From positions 128,001-192,000 of the forward strand of contig CBDFLE010000006.1 of assembly GCA_965248925.1 (NCBI GenBank): a stretch of 64,000 nt of DNA, read 5' to 3'. The DNA is from Candidatus Multivoradales bacterium. GTDB lineage: Bacteria; Acidobacteriota; Thermoanaerobaculia; Multivoradales; J023. Below are positions 17,901-27,480 of the stretch, piece by piece. Under the pieces are notes generated by a model. That model searched no databases. It was given only the letters and a program-made list of their open reading frames with translations, and was not told the DNA's origin. Numbering within the stretch: position 1 is the stretch's first letter; each line of letters starts with the position of its first letter. A program made the position numbers and the translations under genes.

Positions 17901-20018
17901 TCAAAGCAGCCGGCGGCGGATGGTCTTGCGGCGTTTGATCTCCTGGTAAGGCTCGATGCCTTCAGCCTGGAAACGCGGCAGCTTCTCGCCCAGGATGCTC
18001 TCGATGTCGCGCACCATCGGTTTCGACAACCAAGTGCCGATCGACGACACGGTGCCGAGCGCGGTGCCGCGAGCGGTCCGCCCCGCGCGGTGGACGTAGT
18101 CTTCCGCCGTCTCTGGCAAGCCGAAGTTGATCACATGCCGAATCACTGGAATGTCGAGACCGCGAGCGGCGACATCGGTGGCCACCAGAATGCGGTACTT
18201 GCCATCACGGAAGTCCCGCAACGCTCGCACCCGCTGCGCCTGACTGCGGTCGGAGTGGATCCGATCGACCGCGAAATTCTCTCGCTCCAACAGGCGAGAC
18301 AGCCACTCGGCATGCAAACGACGGCGGGTGAAGATCAGCGTGCTGCCCTCGATCTCGTTCAGCAACGACACCAGGCAAGGGTTCTTGTCGCGATCGTCAA
18401 CCAGATACAGCCGGTGATCTATCCCTTGCGCAGCGTGGCCCTTGGGGCGGATATCGACCATCTCCGGATCGTGGGTGTACTGCTGTGCCATGCGCTTGAT
18501 CGCCGGCCGCATGGTGGCCGAGAACAGCATCGTCTGGCGGCCCTCGGGGAGCTGCCGCAAGATGTTGTTGATCTGCGGCTGGAATCCCAGGTCGAGCATA
18601 TGATCGGCCTCGTCCAGCACCAGCATCTTGATGCCTTCGAGATGAACATTGCCGCGTTCCATATGGTCGAGCAAACGCCCCGGAGTAGCGACGATCAAAT
18701 CGACGCCGCGACGCAAGCTGTCGATCTGCGGTTGCATCCTGACGCCACCGATCACGCAGACTGTTTTCAGATGATGGTTCTTACTGAACAGATCGAGGAA
18801 AGCCTTGGTCTGTAAAGCGATCTCGCGAGTCGGACAGACAATCACCCCACGGGTGCCCTTGCCATGGTGCAAGCGGGCGGCGATAGGTAACACAAAGGCG
18901 GCGGTCTTGCCCGATCCGGTCTCCGCCAAGCCGATGATGTCGCGCCCTTCGAGGGCATGGGGAATCACCCCGGCTTGAATCGGCGTGGGATGCTCGAAGC
19001 CCACCGCGTGGACTGCGGCAACGATCTCGGCACTCAAGCCGAGGTCGGCAAAACCGCCCTCGGTCGTCGCCACCGGATGTTGCGGAATAGCGCCGGTGGC
19101 CAAGCCATCCGCCACCGCCCCGTCGTCATCGCCTGACCGCCGCGAGCGCCGCGTCTGCACTGGCTTTGCAGACGGCGTCGACTCGGCAACAGCCGTGGGT
19201 CTGGCCACCCGCGGTGAGGTTGCCTCAGCTGACGCGGCCGGTGTAGCCACGGCGGCGGCCGGCTGGTGCCACTGCTTGGGCTCGGATTCCGATCTGGCGG
19301 CAGGTTTGGGCACCGACTTGGACTCGGTTCTCGCCGCCGCCGCTGGCACCTTCTCAACCTGCTCAAGGGCGTCTTTGACCAGCGCCTCCTCGGTCATCTT
19401 GCCGGTCATCTCTCTGGCGGCAGGCTTGGCGACGGCTCGCGCTGGCTGAGGGTGCTGCTGCCGCTCGTCCTCAATGGTTACCTCTCGAGTCGACTGGGCT
19501 GGCCGCGGACGCTTTTCGTCAACAGTGGTTGCCTCTCGGGTCGGACGGTCTGGCTGCGGACGCTTTTCATCGACGACTTTATGCCCTTCTCGGCGCAACA
19601 TCGCCAACGCCTTACCGAGTTTCTTGGCGCGCACTAAAATGTAGTCTGTATCGTAGGTGGAGACTGAGAACAGGCTCACCCTGGCCTTCGCTAGCGGTAC
19701 CGCCAGCGAGGCCAAAACACCGATCAGTGCGAAATCTATCGGCCCCTCTTGTCCTTCGGCCGGTCCCAGCACCCGCACCGCGCGCCAGCCGCGCTCGCAG
19801 CGCAAATCGCCCACTACCTGACGCTCTTCACAAATGATCGACAGCTCGCTAACGCTCCGTGAGATCGAGCTGAAGCTCCCTTCGGTGGCCCAACTCGGAA
19901 CCTCACTCTCGGGTGCCTGACGGCAAACCGCAAACCGCGCCCGCAGCACTTCCAACAGCAACCCATGGGGAGGCGAGGCGGGTTGGCGTGGTCCTTGCCG
20001 GGAGTCGTCTTCACTCAT
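17901..20018 (-). CDS. CASTOR-type ACT-domain / DEAD-box RNA helicase fusion
   Basis: N-terminus FAVCR...SISRS.SELSI.C...GWRA.RV.GP.DF.LIGVLASL..PLA...VS.FSVSTYDTDYILV; C-terminus Q motif, AETGSGKT, PTREIA, DEAD, SAT, ARGLD, HRAGRTAR; one open frame. Confidence 0.88.
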   Translation of the reverse strand: MSEDDSRQGPRQPASPPHGLLLEVLRARFAVCRQAPESEVPSWATEGSFSSISRSVSELSIICEERQVVGDLRCERGWRAVRVLGPAEGQEGPIDFALIGVLASLAVPLAKARVSLFSVSTYDTDYILVRAKKLGKALAMLRREGHKVVDEKRPQPDRPTREATTVDEKRPRPAQSTREVTIEDERQQHPQPARAVAKPAAREMTGKMTEEALVKDALEQVEKVPAAAARTESKSVPKPAARSESEPKQWHQPAAAVATPAASAEATSPRVARPTAVAESTPSAKPVQTRRSRRSGDDDGAVADGLATGAIPQHPVATTEGGFADLGLSAEIVAAVHAVGFEHPTPIQAGVIPHALEGRDIIGLAETGSGKTAAFVLPIAARLHHGKGTRGVIVCPTREIALQTKAFLDLFSKNHHLKTVCVIGGVRMQPQIDSLRRGVDLIVATPGRLLDHMERGNVHLEGIKMLVLDEADHMLDLGFQPQINNILRQLPEGRQTMLFSATMRPAIKRMAQQYTHDPEMVDIRPKGHAAQGIDHRLYLVDDRDKNPCLVSLLNEIEGSTLIFTRRRLHAEWLSRLLERENFAVDRIHSDRSQAQRVRALRDFRDGKYRILVATDVAARGLDIPVIRHVINFGLPETAEDYVHRAGRTARGTALGTVSSIGTWLSKPMVRDIESILGEKLPRFQAEGIEPYQEIKRRKTIRRRLL
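19470..19577 (-). repeat. Imperfect 51-bp (17-aa) tandem repeat in the helicase linker
   Basis: VDEKRPQPDRPTREATT / VDEKRPRPAQSTREVTI / EDER; boundaries approximate. Confidence 0.7.
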
Positions 20019-20445
20019 GTATCAAGCTCCGTTGCCGAGTCCGAAGGGTCTGACGGATTGTCGGCGAATCGAGGATTTGGGGCAGCGGATGCGCGGTTGG
20101 TCGAGGCCGCGATAGCCCCAATTTGGAGATCGGGGAAGCTCAGCTGACCGATGGGCAGGTTGACTGCGGAGTTTCGCGACCGCCGCCTCGGGCTAGCGGT
20201 CCAGAAGCAGAGGCCCAGGGCAGTGTAGCATCAATGCTGCAACGCTTTGTAGTAGACTGTGGACAGGTCATCCAGCAACAACAGACAGTCTCTCACCGCG
20301 ACCGGAGTCGCTCCATCAGGGCGACGACGACGGCTGAGGAGGCGTCTGGAAACAGACTCTCGGCGCGGGATTATGGAAGGGCGGACTGCCGCGCTGTGCG
20401 GTAGGGAGTCAAGGTGCGAGCAGGCAGTTAGGAGGAAGGGTCCCC

Positions 20446-21825
20446 TTGAGCAAAACACCGAACAGAGGTCGTTGGTCATCACGTCTCGGGTTCATTCTCG
20501 CCGCCTCGGGCTCCGCGATTGGCCTGGGCAACATCTGGCGCTTCCCCTACACGGCGGGAGAGAATGGCGGTGGCGCCTTCGTCTTGATCTATCTCGCCTT
20601 CGTGCTGCTAATCGGCATCCCGGTGCTTCTGGCCGAACTCGCCGTCGGTCGCCACACTCACCGCAATCCGGTCGGCGCCTTCCGCGCCATCTGCCCAGGC
20701 TCGCTATGGCCGGTGGTCGGTGGGCTGGGGGTGCTCACCGGCTTCGGCATTCTGGCTTTCTACAGTGTCGTCGCCGGTTGGACTTTGGGCTATGTGGTCA
20801 AAGCAGCTACTGGCACCTTTAGCGCCAGCCTGACCACCGAGCAAAGCAGCGCTATCTTCCAGAGCCTGGTAGCCAGTCCGTCGAATTCGATTCTGAACCC
20901 AATCCTACTTTCCGGTCTCTTCCTGTTATTGACTGCGCTGGTAGTCCAACGAGGGGTCAGCAAGGGAATCGAAACTGCCTCGCGGATCTTGATGCCAATT
21001 TTTTTCATCCTGCTGGTTGTGTTGGCAGGGCACGCATTGTCCCTCGATGGTGCCAGCGCTGGCTTGAGCTTTCTGTTCAAACCTGATTTCTCGAAGATCA
21101 CCGCGACTGTGGTGGTCAGCGCCTTGGGCCAGGCGCTGTTCAGCCTCAGCCTTGGCATGGGAGCGATGATCACCTATGGCTCTTACTTGCCAGAGGACGA
21201 GGATCTTTCCTCAGCAGGCATCATCGTCGCTCTTTTCGACACCGCCATAGCGATTCTCGCTGGTCTGATCATCTTTCCGGCGCTGTTCCACGCCGGCGCT
21301 GTGCCGGATGCCGGCCCGGGCCTAGTCTTCAAGGTCATGCCGACAATCTTCAACACGCTGCCGGCCGGTTCCCTGTTCGGCTTTGCATTCTACTGCCTGC
21401 TGGCGATCGCCGCCTTGACGTCGACAATCAGCCTGCTCGAAGTGATTGTCGCCTACTTCGTCGACGAGCGCGGATGGAGCCGACGCCGCGCCACATGGGT
21501 GATGGCCGGATCATGCTTCGTACTGGCGATCCCAAGCGCCCTCTCCGCTGGCGCCAACTCCTCGCTGACTAACATGGCTGGAGGTCAGGGATTTCTTGGT
21601 TTGCAGAGCATCGTTTGGGGCAACTACTCGCTGTCAATCGGGGCGTTGCTGATCTGCATCTTTGTCGGCTGGGTGTGGGGAGTGCCGAAAGCACTGGCCG
21701 AGGTCCGGCACGGTGGCGCGGATCTGCCAGGTGCAGCTATCTGGGGAACCCTGGTGCGCTACGTCTGTCCGGTCGCGGTGGCAGTCGTTCTGAGCTACAT
21801 CATCTGGACCGGGCAGTATTTCTAG
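20446..21825 (+). CDS. Sodium-dependent transporter, NSS/SNF (LeuT-like) family
   Basis: GSAIGLGNIWRFPY..GENGGGAF, QALFSLSLGMGAMITYGSY, AALTSTIS. Confidence 0.95.
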   Translation: MSKTPNRGRWSSRLGFILAASGSAIGLGNIWRFPYTAGENGGGAFVLIYLAFVLLIGIPVLLAELAVGRHTHRNPVGAFRAICPGSLWPVVGGLGVLTGFGILAFYSVVAGWTLGYVVKAATGTFSASLTTEQSSAIFQSLVASPSNSILNPILLSGLFLLLTALVVQRGVSKGIETASRILMPIFFILLVVLAGHALSLDGASAGLSFLFKPDFSKITATVVVSALGQALFSLSLGMGAMITYGSYLPEDEDLSSAGIIVALFDTAIAILAGLIIFPALFHAGAVPDAGPGLVFKVMPTIFNTLPAGSLFGFAFYCLLAIAALTSTISLLEVIVAYFVDERGWSRRRATWVMAGSCFVLAIPSALSAGANSSLTNMAGGQGFLGLQSIVWGNYSLSIGALLICIFVGWVWGVPKALAEVRHGGADLPGAAIWGTLVRYVCPVAVAVVLSYIIWTGQYF

Positions 21826-21904
21826 TCACCTCTAGAAACTAGCTCAGCGGCCTCGTCGATTGCGACTGGAGTTCTCACCGGTTCGAGGTTCGGTCGCTTG
21901 CGAA

Positions 21905-22507
21905 TCACTGTTTGGTGCTGTGCAACAGCACCAAATTACCAGCGATATCCCCTGCTGCCGCGGTCAACGGCCGTGACTGCACCCGCTGGCGTTGGAAACC
22001 GTGCTTGGCAAATACCCGATCGAGGGACTTGCCATCGATCGCGAACAGGCCAGCTTCTTCGTCGGTGTAGCGGGCGCCGCGCAGCAAGAGACTGCCGCCG
22101 GGCACCAACACCCGCGCCAGCTCGCCAGCGTAGCGCTGTCGGGCCGGTCGCTCGAAGAGATGCAAGCAGCCGCGATCGTAGGCAAAATCCACCGATTGAT
22201 CGGCCAGGGGCAGAGCCAGCACGCTGGCCTCGATCCACTCCACCTCGACCGCTGCTTCAGCCGCCGCACGGCGGGCCAATACCAGCGCTTCGGCACTGCT
22301 GTCGACCCCTTGGACGCGGCAACCGTGAGCGGCCAAGTACACCGCTTCGGCACCCGCGCCGCAGCCCAGGTCGAGCACCCGGACGCCAGCACCCAAGATG
22401 CCCGCCGCGACCCGTTCGACCAGCTCCCGCGGTGGGCCGGGGCTCTGCCAATGCCGCAAATGGTCGCCGTCGCGGTAGGCCAGATTCCAGAACTCGGTAA
22501 CGCTCAG
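21905..22507 (-). CDS. Class I SAM-dependent methyltransferase (start uncertain)
   Basis: VLDLGCGAG, GVDSS, YDRGCLH, VLVPGG. Confidence 0.8.
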   Translation of the reverse strand: MSVTEFWNLAYRDGDHLRHWQSPGPPRELVERVAAGILGAGVRVLDLGCGAGAEAVYLAAHGCRVQGVDSSAEALVLARRAAAEAAVEVEWIEASVLALPLADQSVDFAYDRGCLHLFERPARQRYAGELARVLVPGGSLLLRGARYTDEEAGLFAIDGKSLDRVFAKHGFQRQRVQSRPLTAAAGDIAGNLVLLHSTKQ

Positions 22508-23490
22508 CTCTCCGCCTCGCTCTCGCCGCGGTCTGCTCGATCGAGGAAGCCGTGCTCCTCCATCCACTGGTCGTTGACGAACTTGGTTAGGTAGTTGCGG
22601 ATCGAATCGGGCAAGATGGTGAGCACTTTGCGCGCCTCGGGGTAGAGCTTCAAAGCCTCTAACATGCCCCAGACCGCGCTCCCCGAACTACCTCCCACCA
22701 GCAGACCTTCTTCGCGAATCAGCCGCCGAGCCATCAGAAAGCTGTCGCGATCGTTGCTGTAGATCCAGCGATCCACTAGACCGCGGTCCAGTACATCGGG
22801 GATAAAGTCGTAACCAATCCCCTCCACCTGGTAGCTCTTGACCTCGTCGCGCCCGCCCAACACCGAGCCTTCGGGATCGATGCCGACCACCACGATCTCC
22901 GGGTTCTGCTCCTTGAGGTAGCGAGCAATGCCGGTGATTGTTCCGCCAGTGCCGGCGGTCACCACCAGCAGATCGAGGTCGGCACCGAAGTCGCGCCAGA
23001 TCTCCGTCCCGGTGCCGTAGTAGTGGGCGTCGGGGTTATTGGAATTCTCGTATTGGTCTGGAATCAGCGAGTTCTCGATCTCGCCTTGGAGACGCTTGGC
23101 GACACCGATCAGGCTCTCCGGAGCGTCGTGGGCCGCTTCGGTGGGAGTGCGGATGATCTCGGCGCCGAGCGCCTCCATCACCACCTGCTTCTCCTGACTC
23201 ATCTTCTCCGGCATGGTGATGATCTGGCGGTAGCCTTTGACCGCCGCTGCCATCGACAAGCCGGTGCCGGTATTGCCGCTGGTGGGCTCGATCAAAGTCG
23301 TGCCTGCGCCGATTCGGCCACTGCGCTCAAGTTCCTCGATCATCCGCACCGCGATGCGGTCCTTGGTCGAGCCGCCGGGGTTGAGGAACTCACACTTGGC
23401 GTAGAGTTCGACCCCGGTTTCAGCGCCGACCCGGTTCAATCGCACCACCGGCGTGTCGCCGACGCACTGCAAAATGTTGTCGTAGATCAT
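22504..23490 (-). CDS. cbs: PLP-dependent cystathionine beta-synthase / cysteine synthase family protein
   Basis: AKCEFLNPGGSTKDR, EPTSGNTG, GTGGT, YQVEGIGYDFIP, LPDSIRNY (CBS-type signature). Confidence 0.85.
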   Translation of the reverse strand: MIYDNILQCVGDTPVVRLNRVGAETGVELYAKCEFLNPGGSTKDRIAVRMIEELERSGRIGAGTTLIEPTSGNTGTGLSMAAAVKGYRQIITMPEKMSQEKQVVMEALGAEIIRTPTEAAHDAPESLIGVAKRLQGEIENSLIPDQYENSNNPDAHYYGTGTEIWRDFGADLDLLVVTAGTGGTITGIARYLKEQNPEIVVVGIDPEGSVLGGRDEVKSYQVEGIGYDFIPDVLDRGLVDRWIYSNDRDSFLMARRLIREEGLLVGGSSGSAVWGMLEALKLYPEARKVLTILPDSIRNYLTKFVNDQWMEEHGFLDRADRGESEAES

Positions 23491-23622
23491 ATTTACCTCT
23501 GCTCGCCCTGATCGGTAGCGGAAGCGCTCCGACCCACCGGCCGCCCGCGGGCGGTCTACGGCTCACCGACCAGCAATCTGCGGCCAAGTATAGGCAGCCA
23601 GCCAGGGTCTGCAAAGGTTGAA

Positions 23623-24018
23623 TTAGACGCCGGTGGCGATCGAGTAGGCCCAGTTGGCGGCCAGCACCAGGAGCGCTGCCCACGGCAGCCAACGCGGTAG
23701 CCGGCGCGGCAGGGCCGGTAGCGGCCGGCCGCGCAGAGCCAGCCAGCCGGCCACCAGGCCGGCGGTCAAAAAGGCTGTCCAAGCGGCGCTCTGCAGCGGA
23801 AAGTGAATAAAGGCTTCGAGTACATCGAAACGAGCCAGCGCCAGGGCGGCCCGGGTCGTACCGCAACTCGGGCAGGGCAGGCCGGTCCAGCTCTTCAGCA
23901 GGCAGGCCGGCGCCAAGCCAGCAAAGTGTGGCGCCAGCGGCGACAACGCCACCAGCGCCAACGCCAACCCACCCCACAGCAAGCCGAGCTGGCGCCCGGC
24001 CACCGGTTGCTCAACCAT
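23623..24018 (-). CDS. DUF2752 membrane protein
   Basis: ACLLKSWTGLPCPSCGTTRA plus TM helices. Confidence 0.85.
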   Translation of the reverse strand: MVEQPVAGRQLGLLWGGLALALVALSPLAPHFAGLAPACLLKSWTGLPCPSCGTTRAALALARFDVLEAFIHFPLQSAAWTAFLTAGLVAGWLALRGRPLPALPRRLPRWLPWAALLVLAANWAYSIATGV

Positions 24019-24599
24019 TAGCCGCCGCGGCCATACCAGCGATGCCAAAACCGAAAGCCATCGCCACCAGCACCGCGCAGATACAACACAGCACGATGGG
24101 AATCAGCACCGCCAGGACCGCTTTGGCATGAGTGGTCTTGTGCACCGTCGCCAAACCGATGATGTAGAGCACCAAAGCCCAGATCATGCCGATGATGCCA
24201 CCGACGAAGGGGATAATCGCGGCCAAGCCGGCGGGAGCCGAGTAAGCCACCACTTTGAGCGAGCCCTCGAAACCGGCCTCTGATTGCTGCAAGCCACCCA
24301 ACAGATTGAGGACCAGATGATAGATGCCACTAGCGATAAACAGGACAAAGAGGTAGGCGAAGGGAAATACAACGAGAAACATCACCACGCCAACGATCCC
24401 GGCCCCGCCCATTCCCGCCAGATGTTCCAGCGGCAAGTCGTTGGCCAGTCCACTGAGCAAGGCCAACGAACCACCGAACATCAGGCTCCAGATCTGGTCC
24501 AAGAGACCGCCGACGAAGCCGACGATCAAGCCAAAGAGGATCGGACTGACCAGATCACCGTCCTGGCGCAAGCGGCTGAAAGCCGCCTGCGGCTGAGTC
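24011..24599 (-). pseudogene. Yip1-family membrane protein, 3' part (interrupted by IS)
   Basis: TQPQAAFSRL...KVVAYS...IPFVG...GLATVH; joins in frame to 27129..27303 once the IS is removed. Confidence 0.85.
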
Positions 24600-24624
24600 C
24601 AGAACTCCTGACATACCCTTTTTC

Positions 24625-27018
24625 TCAAATGTCCGGTTGAGCCTCTCCGGAGGTGTTCCGAGGCCCTGGGAAGGCCAGGCTCCGGGGTGGCGCCTTCTTG
24701 ATCGCGAACCGCATCCGTAGCTCGGTGCCGGGGAAGTGGGTGGCGGTAGCGTTGAGTTCTTCGCAGACGGCGGCGATCGCCGCCGTCTTGTGGGGAGAGC
24801 TGAGCGGGTCGATGGAAAGGAGCAGCACGGTGTCGGTAACCTCCATATCGCCGCCGGCCGCGAAAGCGCTTTGGATCAGGGTGCGTCCCTCCTGCTCGGT
24901 GCGGCGGTAGTGGGGTGATAGGAGCCGGAGAAGATCACCTTCGGCCTGGTAGGCGACCATCTTGAGAATATCGGTGAGGTGCTTGCGCTCGACGGACAGC
25001 TTGATGACATCCGCTTCGACGACCTCTTGGACGGGGACGCGGACGGGGAGGGTCGCGCGCTGGTTCTCGAGTTCGGTGATCTGCTCTATCGCTGCCCGGA
25101 CCCTGGCGGAGATGGCGGCGTTGGCGATCTTGAATCCGCGCATCGTGCGCCGCCGATCCTCGCGGTTTTCAAGAGCAGCGATCCCGATGTGGGCCCGGAG
25201 CTGCTCGAGATGTGCGTGAGCTTTGCGCAGCTCTGCATTGATCTTGCCGCGCTCGGGATTCGGCACATCGCGGGCGGCGTCCGCTGGCTCGGTGCCATAG
25301 TCCACCAGGGCATCGAGTGCGAATTCTTCGCGCAGGTATTTGGAGAAGTTCTCTTGCCTCCAACGATCGAACATGCGGTAGGCGACCTCGAGTGTGGAGA
25401 GGTCGCGGCGGGAGGTGATGATGGACGTCTGGTGGCCGTTGTCGCAGAGGCGGGTGACCTGGCGCAGGTACAGCCGCTTGCGCTTCTTCCTCGGGCCATA
25501 CTCGAGGTAGATACGCTGATCGGCGAGGAGGTACTCGAGCTTCCGACCGTGGATCGTGTCCTTGATCTGCCCGAACTTGCTCAACGGCACCGGACGAAAG
25601 GGGGCCTTTCGGTATGTGAGGATGTCGAACTTCTTGGCGATGAGCTTCGCAAACAGCTTCGGGCTCCAACCCCCACGGTCGAAGACGACGGTGACTCGCC
25701 GGTCTCCGAGTAGCTTTCGTACCTCTTCGAGAATGAGGGGAAGCATCGTCGCAAGCCCCTTGTTGGCCTCGGTGGGGACCACGAAGAGAGGCTCGCTCTC
25801 AGCATCGTTGACCCAGTAGTCGGTGGTGGCCGGCATCGCGATCCGCATCCGCGCTACGTGTGTCTTGGGAATCTCTCGGCCACCGTGGTAGGCGCGCACA
25901 TGCCCGTCCACGTAGAGGAAGCCCATGGCATGGCCCCTGGTGGCGACCCGGCGCTGAGCGAGGGCGCGACCGAGATCCGCGGCCAGGCCATGCGCGGCCA
26001 GCCGAGCGAGCTTGTTGCGCAAGGTTTTCACTTCCGGCGCTCGGTCGAGCCCGAGAAGCTGACCCAAATGCCGGGGTGAGCGCTCCTTGAGCCCTTCGGG
26101 TCGCTTGACCCGCAACAGTGCCATCAGCAGCAGGGTTACCAGAGTGGTGCGCAGCCCATAGAAGGCCGGCCCGATGCTGCCGTACAGCTCCTGCGCGATG
26201 GAGAGCACGCCGCTGTCCACCAGGGCGGGAATCGCCAGCAGAGCACCGGCGCCCGGTAGCTGGGTCGCCGCTCCGAAGATCGGCGCCGCATCATCGAGGA
26301 ATCCCAGCCTCGCCAGCAGCCGATCGCTGGCGCGATCCGCTGGATCGAGGTCCAGCGAGAGGGGAACCTGATCTTGCTCGGACGCAGAAGCGGACAGTTT
26401 TGGGTCCGCAGCCGCTGGGTCACCGCCACCCTCAGCGTCGAGCGCAAGATCCGCAGTTTTCAGGGGGCCGTCGACCTGCTGCTCATCAGAGGCGGACAGT
26501 TTTGGGTCCGCACTCTCGAAGGGCATCGTCATCTGCACTACCGACCGCTCTTTCCAGCCCAGGCGCTTGGCGAGCTTGCGAACGGCCTTCTCATCGATGC
26601 CCAGCCGCCGGCCAATCTCGCGATTCGACACACCCTCGGCCTTCCAGCCGTTGACCGCGTCCAGGCGGCCCTGCGCTACCCGAGACTGACCCCGGGGAAA
26701 ACCGCGCGGCCGGCCCAGAGCAGCCAGCCCACCTTCTTCGAAGCGGCGCTGATTCCGGCGCACAGTCCGCACATCACAAGCGAACGCAAGGGCCACCTCG
26801 CGTTGCTGTGCCCAGCCCAATTCAACGAGACTCACCATCGCGTGGGCCTCGCCTGTCCTGTCGCCGGCAGCGAAGTGAGCGAGCGGCATGCCGCTGACCA
26901 CCACCACCCGATAGCCGCCCCTCTGCTGGAGGCGGCAGCGGTCGTTGATCACCACAACCCCATCGGGGACCCCGGCGTGGTCTGGGAACAGGACGGTGTG
27001 CTCGCTCGTCAGTGCCAT
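24625..27018 (-). CDS. Transposase with two N-terminal HTH regions and a DDE domain
   Basis: QREVALAFACDVRTVRR, SNREIGRRLGIDEKAVRK; YVDGH, VFDRGG, RWRQENF. Confidence 0.9.
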   Translation of the reverse strand: MALTSEHTVLFPDHAGVPDGVVVINDRCRLQQRGGYRVVVVSGMPLAHFAAGDRTGEAHAMVSLVELGWAQQREVALAFACDVRTVRRNQRRFEEGGLAALGRPRGFPRGQSRVAQGRLDAVNGWKAEGVSNREIGRRLGIDEKAVRKLAKRLGWKERSVVQMTMPFESADPKLSASDEQQVDGPLKTADLALDAEGGGDPAAADPKLSASASEQDQVPLSLDLDPADRASDRLLARLGFLDDAAPIFGAATQLPGAGALLAIPALVDSGVLSIAQELYGSIGPAFYGLRTTLVTLLLMALLRVKRPEGLKERSPRHLGQLLGLDRAPEVKTLRNKLARLAAHGLAADLGRALAQRRVATRGHAMGFLYVDGHVRAYHGGREIPKTHVARMRIAMPATTDYWVNDAESEPLFVVPTEANKGLATMLPLILEEVRKLLGDRRVTVVFDRGGWSPKLFAKLIAKKFDILTYRKAPFRPVPLSKFGQIKDTIHGRKLEYLLADQRIYLEYGPRKKRKRLYLRQVTRLCDNGHQTSIITSRRDLSTLEVAYRMFDRWRQENFSKYLREEFALDALVDYGTEPADAARDVPNPERGKINAELRKAHAHLEQLRAHIGIAALENREDRRRTMRGFKIANAAISARVRAAIEQITELENQRATLPVRVPVQEVVEADVIKLSVERKHLTDILKMVAYQAEGDLLRLLSPHYRRTEQEGRTLIQSAFAAGGDMEVTDTVLLLSIDPLSSPHKTAAIAAVCEELNATATHFPGTELRMRFAIKKAPPRSLAFPGPRNTSGEAQPDI

Positions 27019-27067
27019 GCTCGATCATGCCTCGGCACCGAAAAAAGCGGACAGTTTTGGGTCCGCA
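26390..27067. repeat. Three identical 21-bp palindromic sites GCGGACAGTTTTGGGTCCGCA inside the IS
   Basis: Copies at 26390-26410, 26492-26512 and 27047-27067; arms GCGGAC-N8-GTCCGC. Confidence 0.9.
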
Positions 27068-27128
27068 CCACCTCTGAGGGGCGGTCCTGTGTTTTCAGAG
27101 GGTTAGGAGGGGTAGGTCAGGAGGTCTG

Positions 27129-27303
27129 GAGTCACCACCATCTTGACGGTCTCGATCAACGCCGGGAAGAATCCTCGCTGTTGCCGCTCCTCCCAGGGCA
27201 GCCGTGGGGTGGCAGCCGGCGGCGGCATCCCTGGCGGCATTGGCGGCGGCGGCTCTGAGGGTGGCGGGGTCAGCGGCGGCGGGGCGGGAATCTCGTCACT
27301 CAT
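27129..27303 (-). pseudogene. Yip1-family protein, 5' part (Pro-rich N-terminus)
   Basis: AAGGAG RBS; MSDEIPAPPP...LPWEERQQRGFFPALIETVKMVVT up to the IS junction. Confidence 0.82.
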
Positions 27304-27480
27304 GAGGGCTCCTTGCGCGAGTTCGAACAGCACAAGGGAGAAGGTCCCCGGCAGCTCGTGGGTCAAAAATAGGAAACTTGGCCTGAAGATTATAGCCGTC
27401 CGCCACGAACTTCGAGCCGCGGCAGAGATGGCAACAACAAATACAATCTCTAACAACCGCCTCGATCACAAGCCGGCGGG

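Larger units (their letters stand above)
24600..27128 (-). mobile_element. Complete insertion sequence (2529 bp), large DDE transposase (IS4-clan / IS1634-IS1380-like)
   Basis: TIRs CAGAACTCCTGACATACCC (24600-24618) and the reverse complement CAGACCTCCTGACCTACCC (27110-27128), 17/19 identical; GAGTC target duplication at 24595-24599 and 27129-27133. Confidence 0.92.

Noticed and set aside
20040-20400. Glycine or lysine riboswitch upstream of the NSS transporter
   Set aside because: Only scattered partial words; the consensus order and pairing could not be built by eye
26390-27067. 21-bp palindromic repeats as a mini CRISPR array
   Set aside because: Spacing is 102 and 555 bp, two copies lie inside a transposase CDS, and there are no cas genes
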